A stretch of DNA of 64,000 nucleotides from a virus: positions 1 through 64,000 of the IMG/VR virus record IMGVR_UViG_3300015249_000001; one strand, 5' to 3'. The notes under the pieces were generated by a model, which was given only the letters and a program-made list of their open reading frames with translations, did not search any database and was not told where the DNA came from. Shown here one piece after another: positions 19,228 through 28,419 of the stretch (its first letter is position 1; the number at the start of each line of letters is the position of its first letter). The translations under genes and the position numbers were made by a program.

Positions 19228-20766
19228 TTAATGCCGGCCAATACGGGACAGTGGCAGTAAAACTGCACGCTCCAACTCTGCCGCCGCTTTATCAGTTTGG
19301 GCATCAGCCTCTTCATCCCCTCCCGTGGCGGCGTGCTGCCCACCTTTACCAAACTTCTTGGCCAACAAGGCCTTGGCATCAGTATGCTGCTTGACCAGCA
19401 GGGAAGGTGAAAGGGCCAGCAGTGCATCCCCTGAGGGGGCTTGCCCTCCTGCGGCCACAAACGACCACTGGATTGCCTCGACCGCAATAGCCTTGAGGCC
19501 AGCCTCGCTGGCTTCTGCTAGGGACATTTGGGATTTTAAGGTTTCATGGGCCAACTTCAAGGTGGCCAATTCGGTGCTGGCTGCCACCAACTGGGCTGTC
19601 AACGTTGTAACGGAAGAGGCCAACACCCCTAGGTCTGCCTGGTCTGCCTGGGCTTTCACCTCGGAAGGTGCAGGGGTTTCGGGTTCAGCCGGTTCGTTTT
19701 CCACCGGGTCTGTTGCCGGTTCACCCTCCCCACCAGCCTGGAGTTGTGCAGAAGCTGCCGCCAATGCAGCAGCCGTTTCAGCGTTCAAATGTAGTTTAGC
19801 CATGTCCGAGGTCTCCGGTAAGTCATGTGAAGCAGCAAGTTTTAGTTGCTGTGTAAAGGGTGTCTGGGCTTGTCGCTGACTATTCTGCGACACTTTCTTT
19901 TGCAAATCAATAACTAGCTGGTCAAGAGTGATATTTTTATTGACAAGCTTCTTGGCTAGGGCAACATCCCCATACCAAACTTCCCCGGTAGCCAGTGTGG
20001 ACTGGACATAAGCCAAGTCCAGGGGCATCGACGTGGCTATGTGCTGGTTGAACCTGGAGCCTGCCTGGGTGACTTCAACGTCCAGCATGTCCGACCCTAG
20101 GGAGGACAGTTTCTCGTAAGGGTTGCCTGCCCCCTTGCCTGGGTTGGATTTAAACACACGGCGCTTGACGCCATCCATCTTATCCATTTCAGTAATTTCG
20201 TAAACCATCTTGATAACCCCTATGCTGCCTAGCAAGGCGTGCTGCGAGGCATAGAAGTTGCCACTGGTGACGGCTGCCCAAACCCCTGCGGAGCAGCACA
20301 GTGTGTCCGTGTAACCATACACGGGCACGAGCTTGGCCACAGTGCCCTTCAAGAAGTCCGTGAAAGCCCCAATGCCCGTGACCATGCCACCAGATGTGTT
20401 GTAAACAATCACGATCACCTTGCACCCCGCGTTAAGGGCCGCAATGCAGGCATTCCTTATGTCTTCGTAGCCACACATGCCTCCCCAACGCATTTCCCAC
20501 CAACCACAACAACCTTCGATCAAGCTCCCCTTGACGTAGACCATGCCTACGTCGCCCACCTTCTTTAGCAGGGGGTGCTCAATTTCCATGTCTTCCTGCT
20601 CCTCCTCCCACTCATCGGCCATCGCAAGGATGTCAGGGGAAGCGTGCAGCACCATCTTGTCCAGCTTGGCCAGGGAAGAAAGGTAGGTGTCGAACCCCTG
20701 GGCAGTGCCCGCCCAGGGGATGACATGGAGACCCCCACCTACTGTAGCCTTAGTTATGTCGCTCAT
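19228..20766 (-). CDS. S49 (SppA/ClpP-type) prohead protease fused to Ala/Glu-rich scaffold-like C-terminus
   Basis: 512 aa; VIVIVYNTSGGMVTG, CCSAGVWAA and LLGSIGVI motifs of S49 peptidases; C-terminal half A/E/L-rich. Confidence 0.85.
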   Translation of the reverse strand: MSDITKATVGGGLHVIPWAGTAQGFDTYLSSLAKLDKMVLHASPDILAMADEWEEEQEDMEIEHPLLKKVGDVGMVYVKGSLIEGCCGWWEMRWGGMCGYEDIRNACIAALNAGCKVIVIVYNTSGGMVTGIGAFTDFLKGTVAKLVPVYGYTDTLCCSAGVWAAVTSGNFYASQHALLGSIGVIKMVYEITEMDKMDGVKRRVFKSNPGKGAGNPYEKLSSLGSDMLDVEVTQAGSRFNQHIATSMPLDLAYVQSTLATGEVWYGDVALAKKLVNKNITLDQLVIDLQKKVSQNSQRQAQTPFTQQLKLAASHDLPETSDMAKLHLNAETAAALAAASAQLQAGGEGEPATDPVENEPAEPETPAPSEVKAQADQADLGVLASSVTTLTAQLVAASTELATLKLAHETLKSQMSLAEASEAGLKAIAVEAIQWSFVAAGGQAPSGDALLALSPSLLVKQHTDAKALLAKKFGKGGQHAATGGDEEADAQTDKAAAELERAVLLPLSRIGRH

Positions 20767-20769
20767 CTG

Positions 20770-22269
20770 TCAATTGCTCCCGGTCTTCTTGCTAGGTAAG
20801 GACTTGCCCCCAGGCTGGCTGGTCGGGCTGCCCTGGCTTGTGCCTTCGTTTAGGTTACGGGCTTGCCCGTCCGAATTTAATTGCATGTCCGTGGGCACTG
20901 TCTGCTGCTGGGGGTTAAGGAACATGCTGCCCGACAGCACCGGGGCAGTTGGCGACCGTGCCCCCGCCCTGACCACATGGGCGAACTCGTCATCTGTATA
21001 CAGGCCAAGGCTGAGCTTCTGCAGGTGCTGCTGGAACATGACGCTGTTGTGTGCAGACAACTCACTGGCAGGCCTTATGTTGATGTCGTCGAAGGCAAAC
21101 TTACAGTAACTGTCTGTGCCCGCCTTTAGGCGCACGGCAAGGGTGACCGCCCTGGACAGCACGGTCTCGACCGGCACCTGGATGGACCGCACCATCTTCA
21201 AGTACACCAAGGCCTCCGTAGTGGCCAGGTTCTGTGAACCCGTGCCCAAGCCCAACACGGACGACATGGACTTCAAGGAGGACGCCATCATGGAACCCAG
21301 GATCTCCAGCAAGGAAGAGTAATCCGCCTTGTCCCCCTTCCCCGACAACACGTCAGCGTCCGCCGTATCATACATCACCAGGGCATCCTCAGGTTCCAGG
21401 CCGCGCAGCAAAGCCGTGACTTCTTCCCTGACTGAATTGAAATACTTGGCCATTTCAACAGGGTCTGACTGGACTTCCAGGCTTGCCGACTGCTTGACGC
21501 TTTCCTGCACCAGCTTCACGATCAGCCTGGAATGGCCTGACCTGCGCAACACGCGGGACAAGTCCTCCAGGAACTCCGTAAACACGAAGATCATCTGCAG
21601 GGCAGCTTCCAGTGGGCTTCTTGGGTGTATTGAAGAGGATTGCTGGTGGGTGGCGGCGTAGAAGAAGGTGGGGATGTCCAGGGAAATCGGCTTGGCTTCC
21701 CCTTGGGCCACCTGCTCTGGGAATATAGACCCATCCCCCCGAGGCTTCCAACGCAAGGAGGGCACTGGCACGGGTATCATTTTTTCCGGCAGGATAAAAG
21801 GGTTGAGCACCAACTCCAAGGCACAAGCCCCAGTCTGCATGACTTCCTTTAACAAGGATTCCAGCAAGCCTTTTGTTGACATCTTGTCCCCATAGCCCAC
21901 CGAGTAGTCATAGAGCGTGTCGGCAGATGCCAGCACCTCCTTTGCCACCCTGGTGGCCACTGGGTCGAACTCTTCCGTGCCCGCCTTGTAGGCTGTGACA
22001 AGGTACCCGCTCATGGCTAGTTGTATATAAGAATGGACTGCCGCCGAGAAAATCCCGTTGAACCTGGTCAACGCCCGGATCGCGTCCACCGTGGACAACT
22101 GCCTAAACTGCTGGATAGACGTATTGAGCAGCGACTGTTCCAGGTCGGCAATGGCCGTGCCCGTGGACTTGGAGAACCCTGGGTCCGTCACCCTGGCCTT
22201 GCTGGCAACCACACTGCGGGGCACTATGACCGTGGCGCCCGCCTTGCCCTTAACCTTGGACTCTGCCAT
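20770..22269 (-). CDS. portal protein
   Basis: 499 aa from ATG 22269 (GGGGG SD; track ORF starts at TTG 22281); directly upstream of S49 protease, size and position of lambda-type portal. Confidence 0.8.
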   Translation of the reverse strand: MAESKVKGKAGATVIVPRSVVASKARVTDPGFSKSTGTAIADLEQSLLNTSIQQFRQLSTVDAIRALTRFNGIFSAAVHSYIQLAMSGYLVTAYKAGTEEFDPVATRVAKEVLASADTLYDYSVGYGDKMSTKGLLESLLKEVMQTGACALELVLNPFILPEKMIPVPVPSLRWKPRGDGSIFPEQVAQGEAKPISLDIPTFFYAATHQQSSSIHPRSPLEAALQMIFVFTEFLEDLSRVLRRSGHSRLIVKLVQESVKQSASLEVQSDPVEMAKYFNSVREEVTALLRGLEPEDALVMYDTADADVLSGKGDKADYSSLLEILGSMMASSLKSMSSVLGLGTGSQNLATTEALVYLKMVRSIQVPVETVLSRAVTLAVRLKAGTDSYCKFAFDDINIRPASELSAHNSVMFQQHLQKLSLGLYTDDEFAHVVRAGARSPTAPVLSGSMFLNPQQQTVPTDMQLNSDGQARNLNEGTSQGSPTSQPGGKSLPSKKTGSN

Positions 22270-22357
22270 ATAAACCCCCAAACCCTTGTAATGTGTGGAA
22301 TATTAAACCCTTTTAGGATAAATTAGTAAACATTATCTATTGAGGGGGCGTAAAGAC

Positions 22358-23473
22358 ATGGCAGGATCAGCAAATTTCAAGCAGTGTTGGCTGAGGCTGA
22401 AGCTGGACGGGCCTATAGGAGGCAGGGACATTGTGGACTCTTCCATGTACAACCGGAAGATCCTGCCCTCCGGCACGGAGTTTTCCCTGATAGGCCACAG
22501 CACCTCACAGACCAAGTTCTTTTCCTCCAGCCTGTTCATGGACTCGCAGTACCTACAGTACGTTATGCCGGGCACACAGCCTTGGTGCTGCCCAGTCAAC
22601 AGCTTCACCGTACAGTTTTGGGTGTACCCCACGAACGCAGGTGGGGCCACGGCCAAGGGGCTGTTGGCCTTTTCTTGCCGAGCGGGGAACTTCCAGGTCA
22701 AGGAGACCAGTTCCAACCGGCTGGGCATGGTGTATATCCGCAACGGGGTCACGGTCGGTTCCAACTCCACCACCACCGGTCTAACCAACAATGCCTGGAA
22801 CCATATTGCCATCACCTGGGACGGGGCCACCGTCCGGCTCTACAAGGACGGCACTTCCATTGCCAGCGTGGCGGCCACTGCAGCGACCTCCAATTTCAGC
22901 ATCTGCGACCAGCCCGACGGCAACCACATACTAGGTTATGATGGCGTCAGCACCAGCCCCACTGCAGGCTATTACTCCGACATCGAAGTATACAATGACC
23001 TGGCCCTGTACAGCGGTACTTCCTTCACCGTGCCGACGGCAGCCTCAGTGGACTACTACCGGGTCATCAACGGGACAATCTCCGAGGCGGAAGCCATCGT
23101 AAAGTGGAGGATATGTGCGCATGACTGGCATACGGGGCAGTTGGTCGGGGCCACCTACTCCACCGGGACCACCTACAAGGTAAAAGTTGCCACCGACCAG
23201 TTGTGCTATGTGGTCATGGCCCCGGCAAACCACCTCATTGAGTCCGACTCCGCCAACCAGATGTCTGTAGGGGACCTCCTGATGCCTAAAGCAGCCCCCA
23301 CGAACCCACACCTATGGTCACTCTCAAGCGGCACGGGGTACTATGTCGAGAACCCAGGGCTGACCATGACCGCCCCAAACGACTTCGTAGACACAAACAG
23401 CAACACATGGGGCTACCTGGGCAGGCTCGTGCAACCTGTCTGCCAAGGCCCCTTACTACCCGTGGATGAATAA
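22358..23473 (+). CDS. LamG/concanavalin-like domain protein
   Basis: 371 aa from ATG 22358 (GAGGGGG upstream); NAWNHIAITWDGATVRLYKDGTSIASV is a typical LamG-type strand motif. Confidence 0.6.
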   Translation: MAGSANFKQCWLRLKLDGPIGGRDIVDSSMYNRKILPSGTEFSLIGHSTSQTKFFSSSLFMDSQYLQYVMPGTQPWCCPVNSFTVQFWVYPTNAGGATAKGLLAFSCRAGNFQVKETSSNRLGMVYIRNGVTVGSNSTTTGLTNNAWNHIAITWDGATVRLYKDGTSIASVAATAATSNFSICDQPDGNHILGYDGVSTSPTAGYYSDIEVYNDLALYSGTSFTVPTAASVDYYRVINGTISEAEAIVKWRICAHDWHTGQLVGATYSTGTTYKVKVATDQLCYVVMAPANHLIESDSANQMSVGDLLMPKAAPTNPHLWSLSSGTGYYVENPGLTMTAPNDFVDTNSNTWGYLGRLVQPVCQGPLLPVDE

Positions 23474-24072
23474 TGCCAAGCCCAAAAGTACGCATGGACC
23501 CCTTGTACGGCCAAGTGCCCCACACCCCCAACACCGCCCTGGAGGTCGAGCTGGCCCGGCAGAACAACGAGCTGCTGGCAAGGCTTGCCCAAGCCACCGC
23601 CATGCCCAGGCCGGACTTGTCAGCCTATGAGAAGCAGGCCACCAAGGAAGCCATCCAAGAACTGATTGCCGACCTGCAGGACTTGGCCCCGGCCATCACC
23701 GACGCCCAGAAGGCCACCATCTTCGACATCTTGGGGCCGCTCTATGACACCCATGACGAACTGCCTGGGACAGGGCAGGTGGACATCGACGCCGTGACCG
23801 AGCAGTACATGCTGGTCAAGAGCATCAAGCGCAAGGTCATGGACCCGCACGGCACCCTGCATTACCATGCCTCCGCCCGTGAACTGACTTCCCTGGTGAA
23901 CGCCATCAACAGCGTCATTTCCCTGTTCATCCGCCACCAGGACAGGATGGACACGCTTGCCCAGGTGCAGGAACTCAAGAGGGCGATCAATGCCGCCCTA
24001 GAGGATTCCCCCGAGGAAGTCAAGCGCAAGTTCCTGCAAGCGCTTGAAGGGCGGTTGGCTGAAAAAGGCTAA
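23473..24072 (+). CDS. possible small terminase subunit
   Basis: 199 aa, TAATG overlap with previous gene, immediately upstream of large terminase; positional call only. Confidence 0.35.
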   Translation: MPSPKVRMDPLYGQVPHTPNTALEVELARQNNELLARLAQATAMPRPDLSAYEKQATKEAIQELIADLQDLAPAITDAQKATIFDILGPLYDTHDELPGTGQVDIDAVTEQYMLVKSIKRKVMDPHGTLHYHASARELTSLVNAINSVISLFIRHQDRMDTLAQVQELKRAINAALEDSPEEVKRKFLQALEGRLAEKG

Positions 24073-24120
24073 GAACCCTGCTGCACTGGCAGCGCACCCC
24101 CACCAACCCAAGGCGCCCCT

Positions 24121-25902
24121 ATGTCGAACCCACTCCTTATAGACCTGATAGACAATGTGCGGTCGTCCATAGACCGCACTTCCGTGGACTACGCCACCTG
24201 GCTGTGCAACAACTTCCAGAACCCCAAGAGGCCTCAGGAACCCTGGTCGTTCAAGGACCATGAGTTCCAGGTGGAGATTGCCTCCGCAGGGGACGACGTG
24301 CATACGCTTGACGCCCAGAAGTGCGCCCAGGTCGGCCTCTCCACCATAGAGATACTATCCCTGCTGGCGTTCGCCGCCCTGCACGACTCCCTCAAGGCCG
24401 CCTATGTCCTGCCCACCGCCAAGTTCGCCCAGGATTTTGTGCAGTTGCGGTTCGACCCTATCATCCGGCAGTCCCCAAGGATCTCATCCTTATTATCAAA
24501 CGCCAATGATAATAAGTCGATGAAGCAGGTCGGCACCTGCCACCTTGTGTTCAAGGGCACTTCCGGGGAGTCCCAGGCCATTTCCGTGGACTTGGACATG
24601 CTGATGGTGGACGAGGTCAACTTCTGCAACGCCAAGGTGCTGTCCAGCTTCTCTTCCCGCCTACAACACTCGGACTTGCGCCTGTTCCGCCGGTTCTCCA
24701 CGCCCACCCTCCCAGGTTTCGGCATTTCCCTGCTGGCCAAGGAAGGCAGCATGGGGCGCTACCTTGTCAAATGCCTGCACTGCGGGCACTGGTGCGCCCC
24801 CAGCTTCTTCCGTGACCTGCGTGGCCGCAACCTGCAAGCGTTCCTGGCAAGGTTCGAGAAGTCCGCCACCGACATCCGCCCAGCCGACATTTCCCACCTG
24901 CAGGACTGGTTCAGGGAAGCCCCAGGGGGCAATGACGCCCACCTGGTGTGCGAGCACTGCCAGCGCAACCTTGAAGCCTCCCTCAGGGACGCCTCCCGGC
25001 GGCAGTGGGTGCATGAGTCCCCCACCAAGTTCAAGGAAGGCCACCGCAGCTACTACGTGAAGCCCTTCGACCTGCCGAAGTACAACGCCACCCCCGAGGT
25101 GCTGCTGTCCATGAAGGACTACACCTATGGGGATTTTGTCAACTTCCGGCTCGGGGAGGAACACGAGTCCGCCGAGAACTCCTTCCTGGTCAACCTCATC
25201 AAGTCCTACTGCACCGTGCCCCCCACCCCCATCGGCAACATCCTGGCAGGCGCTTCCGGCCACGCCCCCGGCACGCTCTACATCGGCTCCGACCTTGGCA
25301 AGACCAACCATGTCGCCATCGGCAGGGAAGGCGCTTCTGGGCAACTGGAGGTCATCTGCTTCTGTACGGTGGACGTGGCGCAGCTCCGTGAAATGTTCGG
25401 CGAGGCCAACTTCGGCAAGTGGCTGGCCAAGGTGTTCCTTGGGGGCAAGGCAAGGCGGATGGTGCTGGACTCCGCCCCTTCCTACGAGCCTGCGCTTTTC
25501 TGTTACGGCCAGCTCCCCCTGGACTGCTCCTTCGGCGCCTACTACGTCCAGCGCGGCGTCGGCAAACCGGACATCTATGACTTCAAGTCCGGGCAAGGGG
25601 TGGTCAACATCTGCCGCACGGAGGCCTTCGACGAGCTGGCAGCCGCGCTCAACTCCGGGGGCCTCCTGCTGCCCTCGGACTCGGAGAAGCTGGGCGTCCT
25701 CGACCACCTCGGCAACTTCAAGAAGGTCAAGACAATGGACAGCAAGGGGGGCACAAGGGAGAGCTGGCAGGATGTCGGCGGCCCCGACCACTACGCCCAC
25801 GCACTGCTGTACCTGTGGGCAGCCTACACGTCGATGGTCAACCGGCGCAAGGCATCGAATGTCCTGGCCTTCCCTTCCGTGGGCAAGGCCAAGATGAAGT
25901 AA
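24121..25902 (+). CDS. terL: large terminase subunit (GpA-like)
   Basis: 593 aa; Walker-B-like LDMLMVDEVNF, CLHCGHW...CEHCQ zinc module, overall architecture as in lambda GpA-family terminases. Confidence 0.85.
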   Translation: MSNPLLIDLIDNVRSSIDRTSVDYATWLCNNFQNPKRPQEPWSFKDHEFQVEIASAGDDVHTLDAQKCAQVGLSTIEILSLLAFAALHDSLKAAYVLPTAKFAQDFVQLRFDPIIRQSPRISSLLSNANDNKSMKQVGTCHLVFKGTSGESQAISVDLDMLMVDEVNFCNAKVLSSFSSRLQHSDLRLFRRFSTPTLPGFGISLLAKEGSMGRYLVKCLHCGHWCAPSFFRDLRGRNLQAFLARFEKSATDIRPADISHLQDWFREAPGGNDAHLVCEHCQRNLEASLRDASRRQWVHESPTKFKEGHRSYYVKPFDLPKYNATPEVLLSMKDYTYGDFVNFRLGEEHESAENSFLVNLIKSYCTVPPTPIGNILAGASGHAPGTLYIGSDLGKTNHVAIGREGASGQLEVICFCTVDVAQLREMFGEANFGKWLAKVFLGGKARRMVLDSAPSYEPALFCYGQLPLDCSFGAYYVQRGVGKPDIYDFKSGQGVVNICRTEAFDELAAALNSGGLLLPSDSEKLGVLDHLGNFKKVKTMDSKGGTRESWQDVGGPDHYAHALLYLWAAYTSMVNRRKASNVLAFPSVGKAKMK

Positions 25903-25930
25903 GTTTTAATCCAACCTTTAAGGACCATTT

Positions 25931-26947
25931 ATGAAAAAAGTATATATGTACTTGATTTTGCTAAGCTTATCCGTAACACTCCAAGCAGCCCCCCAAAACC
26001 CCAACGCCCTCTACAACATCTACCTGTCAGAGACCACCGACCAGCCCAAGGACATCGGCGACCCCAAGTTCCGCAACCGCTGCGAAATCGTCAAGGACGC
26101 CAACGGGGTGGTGGTGTCCAACCACACTGACTGGATCGTGTTCCCTGGGGTTGCCAACGGCTCCATGCACCGGCACGTCTATGCGGGCGTCACCGACACC
26201 GACGAGAACACCACGATGGCGGACTTGCCTGGGTTGCCGACGACCTGCTGGGGCGGCTTCATCAAGGACGCCATCTGGACGGTCGGCCTCCAGCACGCAG
26301 GCGACCTGTCCGATACCAACCCCGACCACTTCACGATCTACTACGCCCAAGGCTCGGGCGGCGTGAACTGGCCCTCGATGGCGTCCCTGATGGTCAATCC
26401 CCTGCCGAACGGCATGGTGCTGATTGCAGGCAAGGCCTCCGACCCTGCCTACGCGCAGTGGATGGTGACCAAGAAGAAGCTGCTGCTGGGCTGTGTCAGT
26501 GCCTCCGGGGGCACGTACAACAACGCGACCACCACCGACATCCCTGAGTGCCTCCCCGGCGACGAGCTGCAAGTGAAGTTCGTGTTCCCTTCCTGCTTCC
26601 GTGGCACGTCAGCCCTCCTGCTAGACAAGGACTCCCCCAACCATATGGACCACGCCGCCTACCCGCAGACAGGCGACTACCTGACGGCAGGCAACAAGAC
26701 CACCTCGCAATGCCCTTCCACACACCCTTACAGGTCAGCCACCATCATTGGCCTATGGCACTACAAGGGGGTTGGGAAAGTCATCACCGACGCCGGTGCA
26801 CAACTGCACATGGACTACGGGAAGCAGATCAACGACTACCTGTTCGACGCCCCCTTCAAGGACTGCGTGGTGGGCGGGCTTGACTGCGGCGTGGGCCTGC
26901 TCGGCAAGTCCGGCCTCAGGTCCGAGTTCCCTGGGTTCACCAACTAG
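25931..26947 (+). CDS. secreted DUF1996-like protein
   Basis: 338 aa; signal peptide MKKVYMYLILLSLSVTLQAAP; DWIVFPGVANGSMHRHVYAG resembles the DPIVxPGxxSxHxHxFxG core I recall for DUF1996. Confidence 0.55.
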   Translation: MKKVYMYLILLSLSVTLQAAPQNPNALYNIYLSETTDQPKDIGDPKFRNRCEIVKDANGVVVSNHTDWIVFPGVANGSMHRHVYAGVTDTDENTTMADLPGLPTTCWGGFIKDAIWTVGLQHAGDLSDTNPDHFTIYYAQGSGGVNWPSMASLMVNPLPNGMVLIAGKASDPAYAQWMVTKKKLLLGCVSASGGTYNNATTTDIPECLPGDELQVKFVFPSCFRGTSALLLDKDSPNHMDHAAYPQTGDYLTAGNKTTSQCPSTHPYRSATIIGLWHYKGVGKVITDAGAQLHMDYGKQINDYLFDAPFKDCVVGGLDCGVGLLGKSGLRSEFPGFTN

Positions 26948-27192
26948 GCCAGGGGTGCCCTGGCCAGCTTATAAGCCCCTATTCCAGGGAACGCCGTGGA
27001 ATCCACCCTAGAGTGCCCCACGGCAATTGGCTGGTTCCCCGCATTGTAAAAGGGCAGTTGCGCAGCTTCCCTACACCACGGGATTTCAATGCTGCAGTCG
27101 GTGCAGGCCTTCTTGTTGAGGGTCTGCATCAACAGCAACTGGGTGTTGCCACAAAGGGGGCAAGACTTGGTTGATTGCTTTTCTTCTTTCAT
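26944..27192 (-). CDS. small zinc-ribbon-like protein (weak)
   Basis: 82 aa; CPLCG...CTDC; no SD; 3' end overlaps convergent gene by 4 nt. Confidence 0.35.
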   Translation of the reverse strand: MKEEKQSTKSCPLCGNTQLLLMQTLNKKACTDCSIEIPWCREAAQLPFYNAGNQPIAVGHSRVDSTAFPGIGAYKLARAPLA

Positions 27193-27217
27193 GGGCCAAT
27201 TTTAATTTTTACTAAAG

Positions 27218-27916
27218 TCAAGGGCTTGGCCAGGCGGTGGCCCACCCTGGGATAGCCTGCCTCGCCCAGCCTGGGTGGCTTGAACTCAACCGTGTATGGA
27301 CTTCCTCCCACCCGTCCCTTGCAAAGTCCGTGGGGTTGCCTTGGTGGTTGCTTATGGCAAGGTCAGGCATTTCCACTGGCAGCCCTTGCTCGGAGGGGTG
27401 GGTGTCCTGTTGGCTGCCCTGTGGGCTTATATGCCCTACCCGGTTTATATGCACTACAAGTAGCGCCCTACCCGAGTGGGCGGCGTAGGCTTCCAGGGCA
27501 AGGCGCTCTTGGGGGAACCTGAGGTCGTCGATGATTACAAGGGGGTGCAGGGGCAGCCGGGCCACCAGGATTTCAGACCACAAGGCGGGGCTTATGGTGT
27601 TGTGCGCCCATTCGGTCCCAAGGGTCTGCATGAGGCGCCTGCAGGTGATGTTGAGGAAGGGGATGGTTTCTTCCTTGTGGGTGAGGTAATGGCTTGGGGG
27701 GTGGGGCAAGGGGACTTGCCGGAGGAAGGCTGTTATTGTTGCTTTCAGGGGGGCGGCAAAGGAGAGGATGGGGGGTTGTGGGGCAGGACGGGGCAGGGAT
27801 TGGGTGGGGGAAGTGCCCGATGGGTGGGCAAGGAGGGTGGAAAGTTCCTCCTGTATGTGGCGGGCTAAGGTTGACTTGCCGGATTGCTTTGGGGCGGAGA
27901 GGGCGATTATGGTCAT
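27218..27916 (-). CDS. dNMP-kinase-like P-loop protein
   Basis: 232 aa from ATG 27916 (MTIIALSAPKQSGKST P-loop); MQTLGTEW, VIIDDLRFPQE and HPSE motifs as in phage dNMP kinases; track ORF adds 86 Pro-rich codons from the C-rich leader. Confidence 0.6.
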   Translation of the reverse strand: MTIIALSAPKQSGKSTLARHIQEELSTLLAHPSGTSPTQSLPRPAPQPPILSFAAPLKATITAFLRQVPLPHPPSHYLTHKEETIPFLNITCRRLMQTLGTEWAHNTISPALWSEILVARLPLHPLVIIDDLRFPQERLALEAYAAHSGRALLVVHINRVGHISPQGSQQDTHPSEQGLPVEMPDLAISNHQGNPTDFARDGWEEVHTRLSSSHPGWARQAIPGWATAWPSP

Positions 27917-28100
27917 GGGTCGGGTTCCTTTTCTTTTCAGGGGTTGGGGTGGGTTACTTTTCTTTTTCAGGTGTAAAGGGGTAGTATAAGGTATGGCAGG
28001 GTGTAAGGTAAAAGGTTTGGAGGGGGGTTTGGGGGGGGAGGGGGTACAGTCATGGTGTGGCCCCCGGCCACCGGCCAATAAATCCCCCCTGGGCCACACA
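27917..28100 (-). other. C-rich/G-poor 5' leader tract (G-rich on + strand)
   Basis: + strand runs G6 (28022-27), G8 (28031-38), G5 (28040-44); on the sense (-) strand nearly G-free; contains AACCCCCCTCCA (complement of 28018-28029) shared with tract at 31402-31413. Confidence 0.6.
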
Positions 28101-28103
28101 ATT

Positions 28104-28115
28104 TTGTAGTTACAA
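28104..28115. promoter_or_regulatory. dyad TTGTAGTTACAA (exact)
   Basis: in divergent region between kinase gene and early + genes. Confidence 0.7.
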
Positions 28116-28136
28116 AACCCATCTTGAAAATAATGC

Positions 28137-28166
28137 TTGACATCTTGCCAATCATTATGGTAAGCT
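28137..28166 (+). promoter_or_regulatory. sigma70-like promoter candidate (extended -10)
   Basis: TTGACA (28137-42), 18-nt spacer ending TGg, TAAGCT (28161-66); faces first + strand early gene. Confidence 0.4.
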
Positions 28167-28215
28167 GTACCCACGTTGCAAGGTTTACCGGCCTTGCCCC
28201 CGCAACCATCACTTT

Positions 28216-28227
28216 TTGTGATTACAA
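28216..28227. promoter_or_regulatory. dyad TTGTGATTACAA (1 mismatch)
   Basis: 13 nt before ATG 28241. Confidence 0.6.
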
Positions 28228-28240
28228 AAGGAATAAGACA

Positions 28241-28405
28241 ATGCTTACTGAATTTTTAATGTCAATGCTGGCGCATGGTGCCAGCCTGGATGACACAAGA
28301 CTATTCTTATCCGTGGCCGGCATGGCCCCGGATGAGATAGACGCGGCCCTAAGGGCCATGCTTGATGCGTTAGTTCAAGCAAACAATCAACTTAAACTTA
28401 ACTAA
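28241..28405 (+). CDS. hypothetical small protein
   Basis: 54 aa from ATG 28241, which is preceded by dyad 28216-28227 and AGGAATAAGACA; track ORF 28124 runs through the regulatory region. Confidence 0.45.
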   Translation: MLTEFLMSMLAHGASLDDTRLFLSVAGMAPDEIDAALRAMLDALVQANNQLKLN

Positions 28406-28419
28406 ATAGGAAAAGGACA

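Noticed and set aside
24661-25800. 379-aa minus-strand ORF, plus several other ORFs, overlapping the large terminase gene
   Set aside because: High GC content keeps non-coding frames open. The terminase frame carries recognisable motifs, whereas the antisense product is G/V/A/L-rich with no features.
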